The notes beneath the pieces were generated by a model. It made no database searches and was not told the origin of the DNA. It saw nothing but the letters and a program-made list of their open reading frames with translations. Positions 38,274-45,976 of a stretch of 49,104 nucleotides of DNA are shown here, one piece after another. This DNA comes from Solirubrobacterales bacterium (GTDB taxonomy: Bacteria; Actinomycetota; Thermoleophilia; Solirubrobacterales; 70-9). The position numbers and the translations under genes are program-made. The stretch's first letter is position 1, and every line of letters begins with the position of its first letter. Location: positions 1-49,104 of the forward strand of contig DASSEM010000010.1 in NCBI GenBank assembly GCA_035695265.1. Reading direction: 5' to 3'.

Positions 38274-38372
38274 CTTAGCCCGGAGGACCGCCGGGGCGTG
38301 ACCCGGCGGTCCGGCGCAGTCGAGCAGCCCGGAGGGCTGCGAGTCGCGCAGTTATCTTTAGGATGCGCGGCG

Positions 38373-38906
38373 ATGGAGCAGGTCGCATTCTTCGTCGGCG
38401 CGATCGGCGCGCTCGGTGGCGCGATCGCCGTCATCGCCCTCCGCAACCCGTTCTACAGCGTGCTCGCCCTGGTCGTGCACCTGTTCTCGCTCGCCGGCCT
38501 CTTCCTGCTGCTGCACGCCGAGTTCGTGGCGGCCGCCCAGGTCGTCGTCTACGCCGGCGCGGTGATGGTCCTCTACGTGTTCGTGGCCGCCTACGTCGGC
38601 GGCGTCGAGGAGCCCCTCTGGGACGCGATTCCGGGCCAGCGGATACTCGCCCCGCTCATCGGCGCCGCCCTGTTCATCGAGCTCTCGATCGCCGTCCTCG
38701 GCTCGGGGCTGAAGTCGCTCGGCAGCGAGGGAGCGGTGATCCCGGCCGGGTTCGGCTCGCCGGAGGCCGTCGGCAGGCTGCTTCTGGAGCGCTTCCTGGT
38801 CCCGTTCGAGGCGGCCTCCCTGTTGCTTCTGATCGCTGCGATCGGGGCCGTCGTCCTCGCCGCCCGCCGGCCCGCCGGCCCGCCGGTCGATCACGAGGGC
38901 CCCTGA
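38373..38906 (+). CDS. nuoJ: NADH-quinone oxidoreductase subunit J
   Basis: MEQVAFFVGAIGALGGAIAVIALRNPFYSVLALV...AAAQVVVYAGAVMVLYVF. The ATG at 38373 is preferred, and the track ORF (38298) is overextended. Confidence 0.9.
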   Translation: MEQVAFFVGAIGALGGAIAVIALRNPFYSVLALVVHLFSLAGLFLLLHAEFVAAAQVVVYAGAVMVLYVFVAAYVGGVEEPLWDAIPGQRILAPLIGAALFIELSIAVLGSGLKSLGSEGAVIPAGFGSPEAVGRLLLERFLVPFEAASLLLLIAAIGAVVLAARRPAGPPVDHEGP

Positions 38907-39205
38907 TGGACACCACCTGGTACCTGGTCCTGAGCGCCCTCCTGTTCTCGATCGGTGCCGGCGGCGTTCTCGTCCGTCGCAGCCCGCTCGTGATCCTGCT
39001 CTGCCTCGAGCTGATGCTGAACAGCGCCAACCTGGCGCTCCTGGCGTTCGGCCGCAACCTCGGCAACGCCGATGCTCAGATCTTCGCGATGATCGTCATG
39101 GTCGTGGCCGCCTGCGAGGTCGTCGTCGGGCTCGGCCTGATCGTCGCCATGTACCGGCGCCGGATCCCGCTCGACGTCGACGAGAACCGGGGGCTGCGGG
39201 GATGA
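38906..39205 (+). CDS. nuoK: NADH-quinone oxidoreductase subunit K
   Basis: 99 aa, LCLELMLNSANLALLAF...MVVAACEVVVGLGLIV. The ATG overlaps the nuoJ stop (TGATG). Confidence 0.92.
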   Translation: MDTTWYLVLSALLFSIGAGGVLVRRSPLVILLCLELMLNSANLALLAFGRNLGNADAQIFAMIVMVVAACEVVVGLGLIVAMYRRRIPLDVDENRGLRG

Positions 39206-39208
39206 CGA

Positions 39209-39247
39209 AGCAAGGAGCAAGGAGCAAGGAGCAAGGAGCAGCGGAGG
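39209..39247 (+). repeat. Tandem heptanucleotide repeat (AGCAAGG x4 plus a degenerate fifth unit) in the nuoK-nuoL spacer
   Basis: Perfect units at 39209-39215, 39216-39222, 39223-39229 and 39230-39236, then AGCAGCGGAGG. This creates four AAGGAG motifs and one GGAGG motif upstream of the nuoL TTG start (39255). Confidence 0.95.
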
Positions 39248-39254
39248 CTCACCC

Positions 39255-41264
39255 TTGAGCGTCACCGCCTGGGGCTGGTTGATCCTGGTGTTCCCGCTTG
39301 CGGGGTCGCTGCTGATCGCGCTCACGTTCAGGGTGCTGCCGGCGCGGGCCGCCGGCGCGATCGGCACGCTCGCGATCGCCCTCGCCTTCGCCTGCTCGGT
39401 CGGGGCGCTCGTCGCGATGCTCGGCCACCCGGCCGAGGAGCGCGAGTTCACGAGCACCCTCTACGAGTACGCCGGCGCCGCCGGCATCCCGTTCGACCTC
39501 GGCATCCTCGTCGATCCGCTCGCGGTCTTCATGGCGCTCGTCGTCACCGGCGTCTCGACGATGATCCACCTCTACTCGTTCGCGTACATGGGAGGCGACG
39601 CCGGCTATCGCCGCTTCTTCTCCTACCTCAACTTCTTCGTCTTCTCGATGCTGCTGCTGGTCCTCGCCGGCAACTACGTCCTGCTGATCGTCGGCTGGGC
39701 GTTCGTCGGCTACGCCTCCTACGCCCTGATCAGCTTCTGGTACCGGCGCCGGACCGCGACCGACGCCGGCATGAAGGCGTTCGTGATCAACGTGGTCGGC
39801 GACATCGGCCTGCTGTTCGCGGCGATCCTGCTGATCAAGGAGATCGGCGCCACCGAGTACGGGTCGGTCTTCGAGCGCGCCCCGGAGGCATTCACGACCA
39901 ACGAGTGGACGATCGTCGCGATCTGCCTGCTGCTGATGCTCGGGGCATTCGCGAAGTCGGCGCAGGCCCCGCTCCACACCTGGCTCGCCGACGCGATGGA
40001 GGGCCCGACCCCGGTCAGCGCCCTGATCCATGCGGCGACGATGGTGACCGCCGGCGTCTACCTGATCGCCCGCTCCTACCCGCTGTTCGAGCTCGCGCCG
40101 ACCGCCGCCGACCTCGCAGCGTTCGTCGGCCTCTTCACGCTGTTGATGGCGGCGACGATCGCGCTCGTCGTCACCGACCTGAAGCGGATCATCGCGTTCT
40201 CGACGATGAGCCAGATCGGCTACATGATCGTCGGCGTCTCGATCGGCGCCTACAGCGCCGGCCTCTTCCACCTGATGACCCACGCCTTCTTCAAGGCGCT
40301 CCTGTTCATGGCGGCGGGATCGGTGATCGCCGCGATGGCGGCGATCCAGGACATCGACCGGATGCGCGGCTTCCGGCGGGCGATGCCGTTCACATGCGGC
40401 GCGCTGATCGTCGGCGCCCTCGCGCTCGCCGGCTTCCCCGGCACCTCCGGGTTCTTCAGCAAGGACGAGATCCTCGCGTTCGCCGCGACCCGTGGCGGCA
40501 TGTACTGGATCTTCGCCGTCGGCGGCTACATCGGCGCGATCCTGACCGCGTTCTACTCGTTCCGGATCGTCTTCCGGGTGGTCTACGGCGAGCCCAGCGA
40601 GGAGGCGAAGGAGCTCGAGGGCGGCCACCTCGCCCATGCGGAGCCCGCCAATCCGGCGACCGGCGAGCTCGAGGACACCGACGTCGGCTTCCCGGGGCCT
40701 GACCACCACATCGCCGAGCGCGACTGGCCGATGAAGGCGGCGATGGCGGTCCTCGCCTGCGGCGCGCTGTTCGCCGGGTTCATCCAGATCCCCGGCGTCA
40801 CCGACGTGCTCGAGAGCTTCCTCGAGCCGGTCTTCGAGGCATCGCCGATCGCCAGCACGATCCACGTCTCGACCGCCGACGCCTACATCGGCATGGCCGT
40901 CGGCGCGCTCTGCTCGCTGCTCGGGATCGGCATCGCCTTCTACCTCTACATGGTCGCGCCGGGCTCGACGTTGCGGCTGCGCGACCGCTTCCGCAGGCTC
41001 CACGACTTCCTGTTCCACCGCTGGTACTTCGATGAGCTGCTCGATGCGCTCTTCCACCGGCCGGTCGTAGCCTGCGGCCGGTTCGCCTCCGACACCTTCG
41101 AGCGGGTCGTCGTCGACGGCATCGTCCGCGGCGCCAGCGACGGCGTCGGCGGCCTCGGCGCCGTCGTCAGGACCGCGCAATCGGGGTTCGTCCGCTTCTA
41201 TGCGCTGCTCGTCGTCGCTGGCCTCGCCGGACTCGGCCTCTACTTCCTGCTGGCGGCATCCTGA
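39255..41264 (+). CDS. nuoL: NADH-quinone oxidoreductase subunit L
   Basis: 669 aa antiporter-like subunit (WAFVGYASYALISFWY, KSAQAPLHTWLADAMEGPTPVSALIHAATMVTAG). TTG start 7 nt after GGAGG. Confidence 0.93.
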   Translation: MSVTAWGWLILVFPLAGSLLIALTFRVLPARAAGAIGTLAIALAFACSVGALVAMLGHPAEEREFTSTLYEYAGAAGIPFDLGILVDPLAVFMALVVTGVSTMIHLYSFAYMGGDAGYRRFFSYLNFFVFSMLLLVLAGNYVLLIVGWAFVGYASYALISFWYRRRTATDAGMKAFVINVVGDIGLLFAAILLIKEIGATEYGSVFERAPEAFTTNEWTIVAICLLLMLGAFAKSAQAPLHTWLADAMEGPTPVSALIHAATMVTAGVYLIARSYPLFELAPTAADLAAFVGLFTLLMAATIALVVTDLKRIIAFSTMSQIGYMIVGVSIGAYSAGLFHLMTHAFFKALLFMAAGSVIAAMAAIQDIDRMRGFRRAMPFTCGALIVGALALAGFPGTSGFFSKDEILAFAATRGGMYWIFAVGGYIGAILTAFYSFRIVFRVVYGEPSEEAKELEGGHLAHAEPANPATGELEDTDVGFPGPDHHIAERDWPMKAAMAVLACGALFAGFIQIPGVTDVLESFLEPVFEASPIASTIHVSTADAYIGMAVGALCSLLGIGIAFYLYMVAPGSTLRLRDRFRRLHDFLFHRWYFDELLDALFHRPVVACGRFASDTFERVVVDGIVRGASDGVGGLGAVVRTAQSGFVRFYALLVVAGLAGLGLYFLLAAS

Positions 41265-42853
41265 TGCTGGTCGCGATCTTCGTCGTCCCGGTCGCCGTCG
41301 GCCTGATCGGCTTCCTGCTGCCGGCGCGGATCGTCGGCTGGTGGGCGACGCTCGGCTCGCTGGCCTCGCTGGCGCTCGCGATCGTGCTCGTCGCCGGCTT
41401 CGACCCCGCCGGCGGGCTTCAGGACATCGTCGACCGGACCTGGATCCCGGAGCTCGGGGTCCGCTTCCAGCTCGGCGTCGACGGGCTCAGCATCTTCCTC
41501 GTCCTGATGACGTCGGTGCTGTGGGCGGCGGCGACGCTGTGGTCGGCCCTGCAGGGCCCCGACCGCCCACGCAACTACTTCTTCATGCTCGGCCTCGCCC
41601 AGACGGCGACGCTCGGCTGCTTCCTCGCCCAGGACCTGCTGCTGTTCGTCCTCTGCTTCGACCTGATGCTGGTGCCGCTGTACTTCCTGGTCGGCGCCTG
41701 GGGAACCGGCGACCGGGTGCGGGCGACGATCAAGATGATCGTCTACACCCTCGTCGGGTCGCTCCTGATGCTGGTCGCAGCGATCGCGACGGCGGTGCTC
41801 AGCGCCGACTCGATCGGCGGCGTCACGTTCTCGATCGAGATCCTGCGGCAGGTTCCACTCGCCGAGGGGACCCAGTACTGGATCTTCTGCTTCTTCGCGC
41901 TCGCGTTCCTGGTCAAGATGCCGGCCGTCCTCGTCCACGGCTGGGTCGTCGACGCCTATCGCGCCTGCCCGCTGCCGGTCCTGATCCTGCTCGGCGGGGT
42001 GCTCTCGAAGGTCGCCGCCTACGGGTTCCTGCGAATCGCGATCCCGCTCTTTCCCGACGCGTCGGTGCACTTCCAGGAGCTGCTGCTGCTGATCGGGCTG
42101 GCGTCGATCCTCTACGGGTCGGCGATGGCGTTCACCCGCACCGACCTGCGCGAGATCGTCGCCTTCTCCTCGATCGCCCAGATGGGGTTCATCACGCTCG
42201 GCATCTTCAGCCTCAGCGGCGCCGGCGGCGACGGCTCGGTGATCCAGATGGTCAACCACGCCCTCGTCGTGGCGCCGGTGTTCCTGATCATCGCGCTGCT
42301 CGCCGAGCGCACCGGCACCGAGGACATCCGCGAGATGGGCGGGATGGCGAAGCGGGCGCCGGTGCTGGCCGCCCTGTTCATCGTGGTGACGATGGCGCTC
42401 CTGGCGATCCCCGGCTCGGCCAACTTCGTCGGCGAGCTCTTCATCCTCAAGGGCGTCTTCGAGACCAAGGTCGCGATCGCGCTGATCGCCTCCTCGGGCA
42501 TCGCGTTCGCGGCCTTCTACGCGCTGCGGATGTACCAGCGGACGATGCACAACCGGCTGCCCGAGAGCGATACCTCACGCGAGCTGACCCTGCGCGAGGG
42601 AATCGTCCTCGTTCCCCTCGTCCTCTGCATCGTCGGCATCGCCCTCTATCCGGGCCTCGTCACGAGCCGCAGCGAGGATTCGGTCGATCGCAGCCTCGCG
42701 TCACTGTGTGACACGCCGGCCCCGGTCAGCCCCGCCGTCGCCCTCGCCGAGGCCGAATGCCCGCCCGGGGTCGAGCCCGAGCCCGCCCCCGAGGCGGTCA
42801 CCGCTGACGGCTGGACCGGTTACGCGCCGCTCGCGGAGGTCGCGCAGCGGTGA
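41264..42853 (+). CDS. nuoM: NADH-quinone oxidoreductase subunit M
   Basis: Antiporter-like subunit (SSIAQMGFITLGIF). The ATG overlaps the nuoL stop. The C-terminal tail of about 55 aa is Pro/Ala/Glu-rich. Confidence 0.92.
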   Translation: MLVAIFVVPVAVGLIGFLLPARIVGWWATLGSLASLALAIVLVAGFDPAGGLQDIVDRTWIPELGVRFQLGVDGLSIFLVLMTSVLWAAATLWSALQGPDRPRNYFFMLGLAQTATLGCFLAQDLLLFVLCFDLMLVPLYFLVGAWGTGDRVRATIKMIVYTLVGSLLMLVAAIATAVLSADSIGGVTFSIEILRQVPLAEGTQYWIFCFFALAFLVKMPAVLVHGWVVDAYRACPLPVLILLGGVLSKVAAYGFLRIAIPLFPDASVHFQELLLLIGLASILYGSAMAFTRTDLREIVAFSSIAQMGFITLGIFSLSGAGGDGSVIQMVNHALVVAPVFLIIALLAERTGTEDIREMGGMAKRAPVLAALFIVVTMALLAIPGSANFVGELFILKGVFETKVAIALIASSGIAFAAFYALRMYQRTMHNRLPESDTSRELTLREGIVLVPLVLCIVGIALYPGLVTSRSEDSVDRSLASLCDTPAPVSPAVALAEAECPPGVEPEPAPEAVTADGWTGYAPLAEVAQR

Positions 42854-44403
42854 TCGACACGCCCGACATCGACTATGCCGCGCTCTCGCCGGTCATCGCC
42901 CTGGTGACCGGGATCTGCGTCGTCCTCCTCGTCGGCCTGATCGGGCCGCGCGGCAGGCGCTGGGTGTCGGCCGGGGCGACGCTGCTGACGCTCGCCGCGA
43001 CCGCGGGCCTGATGATCTGGCAGCTCGGTGAGCCCGACGTCGACCTCATGGCCGGCGCGCTCCGCAGCGACGGCCTGTCGATCACGGTCGGGCTGATCGT
43101 CGTCGTCGCGGCGGCGCTCGTCGTCCCGCTGCAGCTCCGTGACCCGGCCACCGAGGAGGCCGGCTTCGGCGAGACCCATTCGCTGCTGCTCGGCTCGGTG
43201 CTCGGCATGGTCCTGCTCGCCGAGGCACAGAACCTGATCTCGTTCTTCGTCGCGCTCGAGCTGCTCTCGATCCCGCTCTACGTCCTCTGCGGCTCGCACC
43301 GCTCCCGGGCCAAGTCGCTCGAATCCGGGCTCAAGTACCTGATCGTCGGCTCGATCGGGTCGGCGTCGCTGCTCTACGGGGCGGCGTTCATCTACGGCGG
43401 CTCGGGCGGCGCCACCGACTTCACCGCGATCGCGCAGGGGATCGGGACCGATCTCGCCGACGACCCGCTGATCCTGATCGGGATCGCGTTCGTCGCCGTC
43501 GGCCTCGCCTTCAAGGTCTCGATCGCCCCCTTCCACCAGTGGACGCCCGACGTCTACGAGGGCGCTCCGACGCCGATCACCGCGTTCATGGCGGTGGCGA
43601 CGAAGGCGGCGGCGTTCGCGGTCTTCGCCCGCTTCTTCATCACCGCGCTCGGCCCGTCGGCAGATCAGTGGCAGCCGGCGCTCGCGGCGCTCGCGGCGGT
43701 GACGATCGTCGTCGGCAACGTCGGCGCCCTCGGCCAGAGCTCGCTGAAGCGGCTGCTCGGCTACTCCGGGGTGGCCCAGGCGGGCTACATGCTGACCGGC
43801 CTGCTCCTCGGCACCGTGGCCGGGATCGAGGCCCTCGTCTTCTACCTCGCCGCCTACATGCTGATCAACATGGGCGCGTTCGCGGTGATCGCGATCCGCG
43901 AGCGCGAGACCGCCTACGGCGACGACATCGCCGCGGTCCAGGGGATCGGCAAGGACCGGCCGGCGCTCGCCTGGCCGCTGACGATCTCCATGCTCGCGCT
44001 CGCCGGCCTGCCCGGGACCGCCGGCTTCATGGGCAAGCTGTTCCTGATCGAGGCGGCGGTTGGCGCTGACTACACCTGGCTCGGCGTCTTCATCGTCGTC
44101 GGCTCGATGATCTCGCTCGTCTACTACCTGCGGGTGGTCGCGGCCGTCTGGATGCGTCCGGCGCCGCGGCTCGCGCCGGTGATCGCCGGCGCCGCCGCGG
44201 CGGCCGGCGACGAGCCGCTGCCGAGCCGGACCGGCGAGCCCGGCCGCACGCCCGCCGGCACCCCGAGCGGCGGGCGCTGCTGGCTCGTCCTCGGCTCGGT
44301 CGTGTTGACGACGGCGGCGACGGTCGTCTTCGGCATCGTTCCCTCGCCGCTGATCGACTTCTCGATCCACGCCGGCGAGGGGATCGAGAGCATGCTCGGG
44401 TAG
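42850..44403 (+). CDS. nuoN: NADH-quinone oxidoreductase subunit N
   Basis: LELLSIPLYVL, KVSIAPFHQWTPDVYEGAPTPITAFMA. The GTG overlaps the nuoM stop (GTGA). Confidence 0.92.
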   Translation: MIDTPDIDYAALSPVIALVTGICVVLLVGLIGPRGRRWVSAGATLLTLAATAGLMIWQLGEPDVDLMAGALRSDGLSITVGLIVVVAAALVVPLQLRDPATEEAGFGETHSLLLGSVLGMVLLAEAQNLISFFVALELLSIPLYVLCGSHRSRAKSLESGLKYLIVGSIGSASLLYGAAFIYGGSGGATDFTAIAQGIGTDLADDPLILIGIAFVAVGLAFKVSIAPFHQWTPDVYEGAPTPITAFMAVATKAAAFAVFARFFITALGPSADQWQPALAALAAVTIVVGNVGALGQSSLKRLLGYSGVAQAGYMLTGLLLGTVAGIEALVFYLAAYMLINMGAFAVIAIRERETAYGDDIAAVQGIGKDRPALAWPLTISMLALAGLPGTAGFMGKLFLIEAAVGADYTWLGVFIVVGSMISLVYYLRVVAAVWMRPAPRLAPVIAGAAAAAGDEPLPSRTGEPGRTPAGTPSGGRCWLVLGSVVLTTAATVVFGIVPSPLIDFSIHAGEGIESMLG

Positions 44404-44550
44404 CTCCGACCGCTGCGGCCTGGAGACGCTCGCATCGCTTGCTGGAGCGGGCGAGGAGCACGGCCGGGCTACGCCCGGCCTGGAGCACGCTCGCTTCGCT
44501 CGCTTGGAGCGAGCGGCCCGGTGCTCCTCGCTCCTCGCTCCTTGCTCGCT
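44404..44550 (+). repeat. Structured repeat region downstream of nuoN (imperfect 60-bp direct repeat, nested hairpins, CTCCTCG heptad array)
   Basis: GGCCTGGAGACGCTCGCATCGCT (44417-44439) matches GGCCTGGAGCACGCTCGCTTCGCT (44477-44500). Hairpins are GGCCGGGC-TAC-GCCCGGCC (44462-44480), GCTCGCT-TGG-AGCGAGC (44498-44514) and GCGAGGAGCAC (44451-44461) with GTGCTCCTCGC (44521-44531). The array is CTCCTCG CTCCTCG CTCCTTG (44524-44544). Confidence 0.85.
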
Positions 44551-44599
44551 ACAGTTGCCGCCCTGTTGATCCCGCAAGTCGCACCTCTGGTCGAACCGT

Positions 44600-45538
44600 A
44601 TGAGTGAACGCTCGCCGGAGCGGTTCCTCTACGTCGTCGGGACCTCCTTCACCGGCTCGACGCTGCTCTCGTTCCTGCTCAACCTGCACCCGCAGATCGT
44701 CAGCGTCGGCGAGATGACCGGGCCGTTTCGCGGCGTTGCGGATCGGCAGGCCTACCCGTGCTCGTGCGGGGCGGCGCTGTCGGAGTGCCCGTTCTGGACC
44801 GCAGTTGGCGCCGCGATGGCGGAGCGCGGCCTGCGCTTCGACCCCGACCACTGGGACATGCGGTTCGACCCCGACACCCGCTTCGGCCGCCGGCTGATGC
44901 GGGATTCGCTGGGCAGCAACCGCGCCGATTCGATCCGCGACGCAGCCGTCCAGCACGCGCCCGGGCTCGGCAGGCACGTTCGCGAGATCGCCCGCCGCAA
45001 CGAGACGCTGGTCGCCAGCGCCCGCTCGATCGCCGGCAAGCCCGTCTTCGCCGACGCGTCGAAGGACGTCAGCCGCGCCCGGCTCCTCGACCGGACGACC
45101 GACCTCGCCCCGCACGTAGTTCACCTGGTGCGCGACTCGCTGGGCTTCGTCGCCTCGAAGAAGTCCCGCGCGGAGAAGAACCCCCGCGGCGCCGATGTCA
45201 ACAACGCCTCGCGCTACTGGAACCGGCGCAGCGTCCAGGCCGAGCAGCTGTTCGAGGCAATGCCTCCCGAGCGGCGCCTCCGGGTCCGCTACGAGGACCT
45301 CTGCGCCGATCCCGAGCACGAGTTCGGGCGGATCTGCGAGCTGCTCGGGCTCGAGAAGCTCCCCGGCCCCTACGAGTTCTTCGCCGGCGAGCACCACATC
45401 ATCGGCAACCGGATGCGCCTTGCGAGCTCGAGCGAGATCGTCCTCGACGAGCGCTGGCGTTCGATCCTGACCGAGGAGGAGGCCGAGACGGTCCGCCGCT
45501 CCACGAGCCGTCACCGCGAGGCCTTCGGCTACGGCTGA
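44600..45538 (+). CDS. Sulfotransferase family protein
   Basis: N-terminal PAPS-loop-like FLYVVGTSFTGSTLLSFLLNLHPQI and a VVHLVRD block. The assignment is moderate and rests on motifs only. Confidence 0.6.
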   Translation: MSERSPERFLYVVGTSFTGSTLLSFLLNLHPQIVSVGEMTGPFRGVADRQAYPCSCGAALSECPFWTAVGAAMAERGLRFDPDHWDMRFDPDTRFGRRLMRDSLGSNRADSIRDAAVQHAPGLGRHVREIARRNETLVASARSIAGKPVFADASKDVSRARLLDRTTDLAPHVVHLVRDSLGFVASKKSRAEKNPRGADVNNASRYWNRRSVQAEQLFEAMPPERRLRVRYEDLCADPEHEFGRICELLGLEKLPGPYEFFAGEHHIIGNRMRLASSSEIVLDERWRSILTEEEAETVRRSTSRHREAFGYG

Positions 45539-45577
45539 GGCTCGTCGCGAGCCGTCGGCGCCTGCCGTCCCAGCTCG

Positions 45578-45934
45578 ATGCTCCACCACGTCACCCTCGA
45601 GATCAGCGCCGGCGACGGCGATCGCTTCGCCGAGCTGCTCGGCGCGATCGGCTTCGCCGCGGTCGCGCCGCCGGCGGCGCTCCGCGAGGGCTTCCGCTGG
45701 TTCGAGCGGGAGGGAACCCAGGTCCACCTCGCGGTCGTCGCCACGCCCGCCGTGCCGCCGGCGGGACACGCGGCGTTCGTCGTCGCACCGCTCGATCCCG
45801 CGCTCGCCCGGCTCGCTGAGCTCGGCTTCGAGGCCGAGGAGCGGCGGCGCCACTGGGGCGCACGGCGGGTTTTCGTCACCGGTCCCGCCGGCCACCGGAT
45901 CGAGCTGATGGAGGCTCCGCCGGAGCCGGCCTGA
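45578..45934 (+). CDS. VOC (glyoxalase/bleomycin-resistance/dioxygenase) family protein
   Basis: MLHHVTLEI...GTQVHL...GHAAF...GHRIELME is the pattern of a single VOC module. Length is 118 aa. Confidence 0.6.
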   Translation: MLHHVTLEISAGDGDRFAELLGAIGFAAVAPPAALREGFRWFEREGTQVHLAVVATPAVPPAGHAAFVVAPLDPALARLAELGFEAEERRRHWGARRVFVTGPAGHRIELMEAPPEPA

Positions 45935-45976
45935 CCGCAGGCCACCCCGCCGCTCGACTTCGTAGCATCGGCGCCC

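Noticed and set aside
26465-38372. The 11.9-kb nuoI-nuoJ insert as a classical genomic island or mobile element
   Set aside because: I found no integrase, transposase, tRNA attachment site or terminal direct or inverted repeats at the boundaries. The cargo is ordinary metabolic and transport genes with host-like codon bias by eye. Only the decayed DUF559 gene hints at mobility.
39209-39247. Possibility that the heptad array, or the 44404-44550 repeats, is a CRISPR array
   Set aside because: The 7-nt units are contiguous with no spacers. The downstream repeats are only two imperfect copies. No cas genes are present.
39249-44577. Long minus-strand ORFs of 643, 436 and 585 aa opposite nuoL, nuoM and nuoN
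   Set aside because: The + strand products are unmistakable antiporter-like complex I subunits. The antisense translations are Arg/Asp/Gly-rich with no TM segments or motifs, so they are GC-bias artefacts.
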